Sequence record: NC_010537.1
DNA: 41,172 nt
Strand: one strand, 5' to 3'
A program made the translations under genes and the position numbers. The notes under the pieces are model-generated. The model worked only from the letters and a program-made list of their open reading frames with translations, was not told the origin of the DNA and did not search any database. This document shows, piece after piece, positions 34,362-41,172 of this stretch (its first letter is position 1; each line of letters starts with the position of its first letter).

Positions 34362-34620
34362 TATATTTAATATTAACGTATAGGAAAATGACGCCGAGTA
34401 AAATAGTATCGATTACTGCGAAAGTGAAAGATAAACTAGGTAAAATAAATATAATGTAAATCATGAAAAACGCCAAAATATATGCCGATAAAACGGTTAT
34501 AATTCCTGCTTCACTAAAATCGCATATCCTATTTTTTGCTATAGAATAAAAAAAATACGGATAAAGGAAAGAATAGGCAATAGTAAAAAAGGAATACAAA
34601 ATATCGGTTTGTATACTCAT
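34354..34620 (-). CDS. Three-TM membrane protein, 88 aa, SemiSWEET/PQ-loop-like pattern
   Basis: FLYPYFF..IAKNRICDFS...3 TM...K; family inferred. Confidence 0.65.
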   Translation of the reverse strand: MSIQTDILYSFFTIAYSFLYPYFFYSIAKNRICDFSEAGIITVLSAYILAFFMIYIIFILPSLSFTFAVIDTILLGVIFLYVNIKYTT

Positions 34621-34632
34621 AAAAAATACTCC

Positions 34633-34968
34633 TCACTTCATTATTTCGAGAATTTGTTTTAAAATATCCGGAAGTCCGGGGATAGACTTAATTACCTTAG
34701 CGATATCCTCGGATTTACCATACTTTATAAGATAATCGGGATGGACACATAATACTAAACGTGCAATAGCTAGCTTATCCTCATCAGGTATCTTATTAGG
34801 GTCTGAGTTCATGAGTTGCTCGAAAACATATACTAATGATTTATCGATTGAAATACCGTTAAACCAAAGAAAAATTGCATCAATAATATACTTTTCAGCT
34901 TGAGTAAACTCAAAATTATGTTTATCGATTATTTTATCTATCTTGTCTTTTAAAGGATAATAACTCAT
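34633..34968 (-). CDS. Hypothetical helical protein, 111 aa
   Basis: ATG, own TATA, downstream GAGGAG RBS for the next gene. Confidence 0.75.
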   Translation of the reverse strand: MSYYPLKDKIDKIIDKHNFEFTQAEKYIIDAIFLWFNGISIDKSLVYVFEQLMNSDPNKIPDEDKLAIARLVLCVHPDYLIKYGKSEDIAKVIKSIPGLPDILKQILEIMK

Positions 34969-35053
34969 ATGTAATAAATCGTCACTATAAGTATATAAAT
35001 TTTCATGAAAGCCATGAAAAATTAATAAAGGGGAACTGAAAAAGAAAAGAACA

Positions 35054-35527
35054 ATGAATATTGAAGAATATTTTAGGCAAAAAGAATGTGATTATTGGAG
35101 AGAATACCCCCATTCATACGGGTTATTAAATGTATTCAACAAGACAATTCAAATAGTAGGTGCGGATTGCGGTAGCTCTGCATTATACTTCTTATTAAGA
35201 GGAGCAAAATACATCATACAATATGAGAAAGAAGAACACCTCAGAAAAAAATGGAATGAAGTTTGCCAGTATTTTAACATATGCGATAAAGCTACAATGA
35301 AAAAAGAATGGAATGGAGAATACGAAAACGTAGATGTCTTCGTAATGGACTGCGAAGGGTGTGAGGAGCAATTGAATGTAGATATGCTGAAAAAATACGA
35401 GCAATGGTGTATAGGAATCCATGACTGGACTAAAAATAGGGTAGAACTAATGAGGAAAATGGAAGGGACTATTTTCACTTACGTAAGTGACGACGGCAGA
35501 GAAATAACATTATGCAAAACACACTAG
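35054..35527 (+). CDS. SAM-dependent methyltransferase, FkbM-like, 157 aa
   Basis: VGADCGSSALYF (motif I) and MDCEGCE. Confidence 0.88.
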   Translation: MNIEEYFRQKECDYWREYPHSYGLLNVFNKTIQIVGADCGSSALYFLLRGAKYIIQYEKEEHLRKKWNEVCQYFNICDKATMKKEWNGEYENVDVFVMDCEGCEEQLNVDMLKKYEQWCIGIHDWTKNRVELMRKMEGTIFTYVSDDGREITLCKTH

Positions 35528-35904
35528 ATTTTATACAACTCGACAGTACAATTAAAATACTTACAAACATCCTCAATTATACCTTCATACTCTGGTTTAT
35601 CGATAATAATAACTTTAGAGACCTTATTACTCATTATTTTATTAAGCAACTTACGCAAATTCTCGATATTATTATCAGGGTCGATTATAGCTTCATCATA
35701 ACTAAAGATAGTAACATTTTTACCACTAAAAAGGATTATTTCCCTCCTGCCTCTAGTCGCTAATAAACTATTTACCTCCTTCTCATCAAACCTTAACTGA
35801 CCGCTAGGAAGGACAATAGGATGAAGATAACCATTATTTACATACCTCATAAGAGTACGATAACTTACACCCAAAATCTGACAAACTTCTTTTGGTTTAA
35901 GCAT
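35524..35904 (-). CDS. MerR-like HTH fused to a degenerate IS607 serine-resolvase domain, 126 aa
   Basis: MLKPKEVCQILGVSYRTLMRY...G.LRF HTH; C-terminus aligns with the IS607 TnpA catalytic domain but lacks YARVS and DRLxR. Confidence 0.75.
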   Translation of the reverse strand: MLKPKEVCQILGVSYRTLMRYVNNGYLHPIVLPSGQLRFDEKEVNSLLATRGRREIILFSGKNVTIFSYDEAIIDPDNNIENLRKLLNKIMSNKVSKVIIIDKPEYEGIIEDVCKYFNCTVELYKI

Positions 35905-35938
35905 ATTATAATAGTTGTCAGTAATTGTATATAAATTT

Positions 35939-36661
35939 TTAGAGAACCTTCTTGATACGGTCTATGAAACTCTTGAAATCCGAAATCAAACTCTCGACAA
36001 CATTAACATCGCTTTGAGGTATCTCCAATATAACCCTAGGAGTAACGGGATAACCGAGTTTAGGAATGGAGAAAGTATATGAAAACACAGCATACGGGTC
36101 TGGAGGAGCGGTAACATTAATACCGGATTGTTGCTCATACTCCACTATTTCAGCATAATCGTAAATAATAGCATAAAGGTTAAGTTGCTGAGGCGAAACT
36201 TCCAACAGTTCACCATTCAAAGACTGTAAACAATAAAACCCATATTCCGGTGCTAACACAACACCATTAGGAGGCAAATAAAACACAAAACCTATTTGTG
36301 AATGAGAACCGTCGGATAATATAGCAAGAGAATACAACGGGATATTCTTCAAGTCGGTAATAAATGATGAAAGAGAATTAGCAAAATAGACCTCAGCGAA
36401 AGCATCACCGAAAATATAAGAAGGTATGCTAACATTATTACCATTTATCCTTATCTCTGCACCACGTAACAATGAAACATACTTAGGCTTATCCGTCTTA
36501 TTAACGAATATCCAATCAACTTCCCCGTAATAAACAGAGTAGACATAATAAAGTGCTAATTCATTATTCTCCCATAATTTTTGAGCATTAGGAGGAATTT
36601 GGGAAAGGACTTGTATACGGTCTGGTTTAGCATAAACGTATCTCATAAAATTATCATACAA
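35939..36661 (-). CDS. Hypothetical protein, 240 aa
   Basis: Long ORF, Y/V/S-rich. Confidence 0.85.
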   Translation of the reverse strand: MYDNFMRYVYAKPDRIQVLSQIPPNAQKLWENNELALYYVYSVYYGEVDWIFVNKTDKPKYVSLLRGAEIRINGNNVSIPSYIFGDAFAEVYFANSLSSFITDLKNIPLYSLAILSDGSHSQIGFVFYLPPNGVVLAPEYGFYCLQSLNGELLEVSPQQLNLYAIIYDYAEIVEYEQQSGINVTAPPDPYAVFSYTFSIPKLGYPVTPRVILEIPQSDVNVVESLISDFKSFIDRIKKVL

Positions 36662-36733
36662 CCGAAAATATAAAAACCTAACGGTGACAATAAAAAATTA
36701 ATACACCGAAAAGAAAATATACCATGATTCGAT

Positions 36734-37015
36734 ATGAAATTATTCCATTTCAAAAAGGAAGAAAAAACGAGTAGGTCATTATTCGTACAAACGACAGCAC
36801 AAATACCGCTGGAAATAATGGTAGCAATAGGAAAAAGACATGCAGTAGGAATAGGCGAAATAGGAGATAAGTCAGCAACAGTAGAAAAAACATTATTCCC
36901 ATTCGGAGCAAAACCTACACCGGAAGAAATAGCCCAATTAGTATTACAGAAACTAGGAGTACCGAAAAGCGAATGGGAAGAAATATTGAAAACTAAAAAA
37001 GAAATAGTATTCTAG
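36734..37015 (+). CDS. Hypothetical protein, 93 aa
   Basis: ATG start, typical composition. Confidence 0.75.
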   Translation: MKLFHFKKEEKTSRSLFVQTTAQIPLEIMVAIGKRHAVGIGEIGDKSATVEKTLFPFGAKPTPEEIAQLVLQKLGVPKSEWEEILKTKKEIVF

Positions 37016-37025
37016 GAAAAACAAA

Positions 37026-37357
37026 ATGATAGGCTTAATAAAAGCTATATTATTTGGAATAATTTACGCATTTATAGAGGAAAAGTACATAAATCTACCC
37101 AACACGCAACACCGGAAAATTTATTCTCACCGTATAGAATACTGTATTTTATACTGTTTTTGATAGCGAATCTAAGTATGGAATACAATAAGTGGATTGC
37201 ATATTGGTTCATTTCTATGAGTATTGAAGATATATTCTACTGGATAATAGCGGGGAAGAAACCCTATCAATGGACGTGGTATTACCTAGTAGTTAAAGGA
37301 ATACCGATAATAGACGTGATAGAAATAGTAATTGCAATAATACTGTTACTAATTTAA
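37026..37357 (+). pseudogene. Frameshifted membrane-protein gene (about 110 aa if repaired by +1 nt)
   Basis: ATG 37026 gives MIGLIKAILFGIIYAFIEEKYINLP and stops at 37161-37163; the other frame continues ...LYFILFLIANLSMEYNKW... to 37357. Confidence 0.6.
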
Positions 37358-37695
37358 CATTTATGACTACGAAAAGACAAAATATTAATATAAATCGAAA
37401 AAATTACGGAAAATAACAAGGCAACATCCGCAAAAATGTTAGTAAAAAACGAACATAAAGCATAAACAAGAGATGTCATACCGTAAAACCCTACAAATAC
37501 AGAAATAAATGTAGCGTTAAAATTATGACAGAAATACAAATCAACAACAAGCTCGTAAATTATCCATATGGAGAGAGAAAGAAGAACACCCATACCAAGA
37601 ATAAAATTAACATGATAACATGTAACAAAATAATAAGCAAGCCCAAAAATATATAAAAGACCGATTAAAAACCTATCTTCATGAGTAAACCTCAT
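37354..37695 (-). CDS. Four-TM membrane protein, 113 aa
   Basis: Four hydrophobic segments; ATGA overlap start. Confidence 0.7.
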   Translation of the reverse strand: MRFTHEDRFLIGLLYIFGLAYYFVTCYHVNFILGMGVLLSLSIWIIYELVVDLYFCHNFNATFISVFVGFYGMTSLVYALCSFFTNIFADVALLFSVIFSIYINILSFRSHKC

Positions 37696-37943
37696 CTGGT
37701 CACCACCATTTCTGTAACAACAAACTTATCTTCTATCTCTCTGGCACTGGAAAGCATGTACTTCAAACCCGGGTTCTCTTTAATTATCTCTTTTTCGACG
37801 TGCTTCACTTTTCTCTCTTCAATAACAGACATTATATCAACCAATATATCGGCATACGTAGTACGGTCTACACTATTATCAAACTCCCTCTGAACAAGTA
37901 TTTTACCATCACCCGAAACTACATTAACTATATGTACCATCAT
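37692..37943 (-). CDS. Hypothetical protein, 83 aa
   Basis: GGTGA RBS; operonic. Confidence 0.75.
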   Translation of the reverse strand: MMVHIVNVVSGDGKILVQREFDNSVDRTTYADILVDIMSVIEERKVKHVEKEIIKENPGLKYMLSSAREIEDKFVVTEMVVTR

Positions 37944-37946
37944 AAT

Positions 37947-38144
37947 TCATTCACCAATTACAACCATTTTATCAGAAATTTTAAGAATGTATTTATTATC
38001 ACGTTCTTCAAACGTTACATTATACCCCAAACTTTTCATATCTTCCATCAACATTAAAAGGTATGCATAAGAAAATTGTTTAGATGGAAGTATAATAAAT
38101 CGTATTTGTTTATCACCATTTTTCAGAAAAGTTAAACCGTGCAT
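37947..38144 (-). CDS. Hypothetical protein, 65 aa
   Basis: Operonic spacing. Confidence 0.65.
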   Translation of the reverse strand: MHGLTFLKNGDKQIRFIILPSKQFSYAYLLMLMEDMKSLGYNVTFEERDNKYILKISDKMVVIGE

Positions 38145-38167
38145 GTTAAAGTTTTTGGATACGGGGT

Positions 38168-38740
38168 TTATAAATCTAACTTTGCTATATTTATAGCCCC
38201 CATTATCGTACTCCTAGGTTTCTTGAAATCAATCTGAAGGTCATCAAGATAATAAGCATAACTAAACCTATTACCTATAGAAACCGTAAGATAAGGGTTA
38301 TTACACACATGAACAAGTACGGATTCAACACATTTATTATCACAACGTGTTATATGAAGCTTGGATTTCTTAATACTGTCCAAAGTGTGATAAGCATAGT
38401 CATTATTTAGCTTAAACACAATACCGTAAACAAGTTGAGATATTGAAAAACAATCCGGAAGAAGAGAATTAAGACAATGATAATCACGATTAATGTTATG
38501 AATGGGTAAATACACCCTAGTACGGTAATCCGTAATACGGTTCTTCGGAACAAAATACGTATAACTGAATAAGTCGCCGTATTCATTACCACCATATGTT
38601 TCACTAAAATAGTCTTCATATAATTTAAGTTGAAGGTAAAAATACAAAGAATCACTATTAAACTCAATAGTATCATCACGAATATACACATCATACTTAC
38701 CTTCCTTTATAGCCTTAAGTACTTGAGAAATAACACCCAT
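38168..38740 (-). CDS. Hypothetical protein, 190 aa
   Basis: ATG; Y/D-rich. Confidence 0.8.
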   Translation of the reverse strand: MGVISQVLKAIKEGKYDVYIRDDTIEFNSDSLYFYLQLKLYEDYFSETYGGNEYGDLFSYTYFVPKNRITDYRTRVYLPIHNINRDYHCLNSLLPDCFSISQLVYGIVFKLNNDYAYHTLDSIKKSKLHITRCDNKCVESVLVHVCNNPYLTVSIGNRFSYAYYLDDLQIDFKKPRSTIMGAINIAKLDL

Positions 38741-38765
38741 GAAAAAAATTAGGAAAAATTAGTAT

Positions 38766-39359
38766 TTAACTCTTAGCAATTGCACACAATATACAAGCAA
38801 ACTTCTCCCAGTCAAGTAACGTGAGAGGGTCACCGGACGTAAGTTCTACATTAGCTACCTCTATGTTACCATAATAAACCTTCCCATTACGCACATAAAA
38901 CGGACAAAAACCGTTAGCATATAGACATGCAGGTAACAAATTAACATTTTTGAAACATTTATAAGGAATAATTAAATTGGAACCCTTAGTACAATAATAA
39001 CGTTTACCGTTATAGATATACGAGTTATCTGTATAATCGAAAGTCGCACCAATCATAGCAAGAATAGTACAAGGGTAACCGTAAACGAAACTGAGCATAC
39101 GGTCTAGATTATTAGTATCGGTATACCTAATAATAATCCAACCGGATGGATAACCGAGACCATAATGAGAATATTTTAAATCGGGATACTTAGATGAAAG
39201 GAAAACGATTATCTCATCACTACTTTTAAAACCAAAGAAATCTGCAACAGCAATAATATTATCAGGCAACTTCTCACCGCTTATCATTCTGCCTCCTTCG
39301 GGCAAGATAGCAAACCCGGAAATATAACGTTTTGTAATAGAGAGGATAGGGTAAGTCAT
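38766..39359 (-). CDS. Hypothetical protein, 197 aa, Cys-containing C-terminus
   Basis: ATGA overlap with the upstream gene. Confidence 0.8.
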   Translation of the reverse strand: MTYPILSITKRYISGFAILPEGGRMISGEKLPDNIIAVADFFGFKSSDEIIVFLSSKYPDLKYSHYGLGYPSGWIIIRYTDTNNLDRMLSFVYGYPCTILAMIGATFDYTDNSYIYNGKRYYCTKGSNLIIPYKCFKNVNLLPACLYANGFCPFYVRNGKVYYGNIEVANVELTSGDPLTLLDWEKFACILCAIAKS

Positions 39360-40063
39360 TTACAAACCCTCTCAATTTTTTCTATCAAATCTTCACTCAC
39401 AATTAACTCATACAAGGAATGGGTCATGCGGAAAATTTCACAAATCTCATCCTTTTGAAGGACATATTTAACTTTACGCTTAGGATAAAGATAACAACGT
39501 ACCTCGGATTCCCTAAGGTACTTTACTGCTCCATAATTTATAGGTTTCTTACCATCCATAGCAGTTAGCTCACCGGTCGTAAAATAATAATAATCTGGAC
39601 TGCAAATACTATCATCCATCTCACCAACCAGAATAACGGGATTTGATTTGTTGATAGCGAATAATAAAGCAGAAGTAGGTAAAATACTCCAATAAGATAT
39701 ATGTTCGGGAAAAGTACCGTAAGTGAGAACAATACCGGTACTAATTACATACAAGTCATCTTTATATCTATAAAAACCATAAGATGTACCACGATAAATT
39801 AACCGTGACATATTAACAAGATTATGAAACTGTTTTATCAAACCAACTATATCAGAAAATGATTTAAGGTTAAACTCATAATTAATGTACTTATGGTTCT
39901 TGATTAAATCAAAAATGAACCTACGTTGCACATTATAAACAGCCATATCAAATTCTGAAGTTAAGAGATTAGTGATATAATAGTAACTATCAAAAAGAGA
40001 ATATAAACGTTTAGCATAATCGTATTTTAGATTAATATCAAAGACAACATCAGTAGGCAACAT
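39356..40063 (-). CDS. Hypothetical protein, 235 aa
   Basis: GATGGG RBS; overlaps the upstream gene. Confidence 0.8.
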   Translation of the reverse strand: MLPTDVVFDINLKYDYAKRLYSLFDSYYYITNLLTSEFDMAVYNVQRRFIFDLIKNHKYINYEFNLKSFSDIVGLIKQFHNLVNMSRLIYRGTSYGFYRYKDDLYVISTGIVLTYGTFPEHISYWSILPTSALLFAINKSNPVILVGEMDDSICSPDYYYFTTGELTAMDGKKPINYGAVKYLRESEVRCYLYPKRKVKYVLQKDEICEIFRMTHSLYELIVSEDLIEKIERVCK

Positions 40064-40253
40064 AATAACCCATCTCCGTCAATATCCTAAGTACATCGGA
40101 AACAATCTTATCGTAACTCATACCTGTTTCCTCTACAATAGACGAGACAATTAAATTAAACGTATGAGAATCGATAACATATGAATTTATGTACTTGATT
40201 CCACGAAAATATTCAACTTGTCTTTGAACAAGCTCATATAAATCCGTGACCAT
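40050..40253 (-). CDS. Hypothetical protein, 67 aa
   Basis: ATG with upstream TATA-like TTTAAAAA. Confidence 0.7.
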   Translation of the reverse strand: MVTDLYELVQRQVEYFRGIKYINSYVIDSHTFNLIVSSIVEETGMSYDKIVSDVLRILTEMGYYVAY

Positions 40254-40292
40254 TGAAAAAAATAAGAAAAAGGAGTTTTTAAATTTTTTCAG

Positions 40293-40466
40293 CTACTGCT
40301 TCCCCGTTTGGTGACCCGTATGAAAAACTATAGCAGTAAATAGCCCAATAAGTATGTAATCCCAATATTGACAGTGTAGTAAAGCAGGATTTGTATATGT
40401 AAATAAAAGCATAACAACGAATATTATTGCATTAACTAGATACATAATAACAGAAAAGTAATTCAT
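40293..40466 (-). CDS. Small two-TM protein, 57 aa, below the ORF-track cutoff (MNYFSVIMYLVNAIIFVVMLLFTYTNPALLHCQYWDYILIGLFTAIVFHTGHQTGKQ)
   Basis: Translated by hand; fills the gap; upstream TTTAAATA. Confidence 0.55.
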   Translation of the reverse strand: MNYFSVIMYLVNAIIFVVMLLFTYTNPALLHCQYWDYILIGLFTAIVFHTGHQTGKQ

Positions 40467-40500
40467 GAGAAAAAGATAGAAAAAAAGAATATTTAAACCT

Positions 40501-40725
40501 TTACTCTAATGTTGATGTAAGGTAAACTATCCTCTCACAATCAATAACATGATAAGCTTCAATATGAAGATTCGCAAAATAAGGAACTCTTTTATCACAA
40601 TAAGTAGACTCACCCAGAATACATACTAGCATGCCGTAATATAAACGAGCCATAGATTTACTAGGAAAAGCACGCTGAAAATAGGAATGACCGTTAAAAT
40701 CCATAGCTTCAACAAACCAAATCAT
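40501..40725 (-). CDS. Hypothetical protein, 74 aa
   Basis: ATG just inside the right ITR boundary. Confidence 0.65.
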   Translation of the reverse strand: MIWFVEAMDFNGHSYFQRAFPSKSMARLYYGMLVCILGESTYCDKRVPYFANLHIEAYHVIDCERIVYLTSTLE

Positions 40726-40788
40726 AAAACAAAAAACGAAAAACAGGATAATAAGAGTTACGAAAGAAGGAAAAAAGTGTTACCCTTT

Positions 40789-41172
40789 ATTTCATCACTT
40801 TTATTTTTCTCTCTAATTGTCAAAGTGTGTATCCCGCTGGCAGGTTTCTACCTGCGATTTGAAATTTAGATTGACGTAAGGAGTAAAATTGTCGAAGTGG
40901 GGATGCCGGTAGCAGGTGGGAACCTGCCATCCCTTTTGAACGTTGAATCAAGCGTTGAATTGAACATGAGAAAAATTCAAAAATCAAGGTCTTGAGGGGG
41001 TATAAAATATATCTATAAAAAAAAGGAACGAATGAGCCCAGTATAAGAACTTAAGACGTATCTTATAAGACGTAAGATACAAGACATGTCTTATGTCTTA
41101 TAAGACGTGCCAGTGTCTTACAACGTATAAGACGTATCCGTGTCTAACACGTCTTATAACGTTTCTCTCTCG
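40789..41172 (-). repeat. Right inverted terminal repeat (384 bp)
   Basis: Reverse complement of 1-384. Confidence 0.97.

Larger units (their letters stand above)
1..41172. other. Complete linear archaeal virus genome, Betalipothrixvirus-like (probably AFV9)
   Basis: ITRs at both ends; paired lipothrixvirus-type capsid genes; gene content typical of the AFV3/SIFV group; length matches recollection of AFV9 (unverified). Confidence 0.9.

Noticed and set aside
35524-35904. Active IS607 element
   Set aside because: Catalytic serine motif absent, no tnpB, no element ends
37100-37123. CAACAC tandem duplication or the AAATTTA heptamer as the cause of the frameshift
   Set aside because: Removing 7 nt gives the wrong frame, and the AAATTTA slippery heptamer is not in the frame read from ATG 37026
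1-41172. tRNA, rRNA, integrase or DNA polymerase genes
   Set aside because: None recognised by eye; tRNAscan-SE and profile searches would be needed to exclude them formally

Overview
This window looks like a complete linear dsDNA archaeal virus genome, not a chromosomal segment. It has perfect 384-bp inverted terminal repeats (1-384 / 40789-41172), dense small ORFs, and archaeal BRE/TATA promoters with GGAGGTGA-type RBSs. It carries two adjacent major capsid proteins of the SIFV/AFV3 type, two SF2 helicases, a Cas4-like nuclease, four glycosyltransferase-like genes, an FkbM-like methyltransferase, a dual-specificity phosphatase and a 1170-aa fibre protein. This content places it in Betalipothrixvirus (Lipothrixviridae, Sulfolobales hosts). 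Length and layout match my recollection of Acidianus filamentous virus 9 (AFV9); this was not verified by a search. Recognisable known systems are an AcrIII-1 ring nuclease (DUF1874), an AvtR-like double-RHH regulator, a rudivirus gp17-like SSB in a cluster with a helicase and the Cas4-like nuclease, a rudivirus ORF119-like Rep, and a probable egress-pyramid protein. The most notable less-expected signals are: (i) a chymotrypsin-fold serine protease-like ORF (TAWH...GDSGG) in the virion/egress region; (ii) an AT-rich array of small single-gene cassettes under an identical 20-bp promoter, resembling the AcrIII-1 promoter (candidate anti-defence genes); (iii) a (GT)4 frameshift that splits one gene and fuses its N-terminus to Rep; (iv) a catalytically gutted IS607 resolvase; (v) a hairpin that may occlude an RBS; and (vi) a telomere-like array of inverted hexamers. 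No tRNA, rRNA, CRISPR array, integrase or DNA polymerase was seen. Family assignments rest on motif recognition and recalled sequences, not on database searches.
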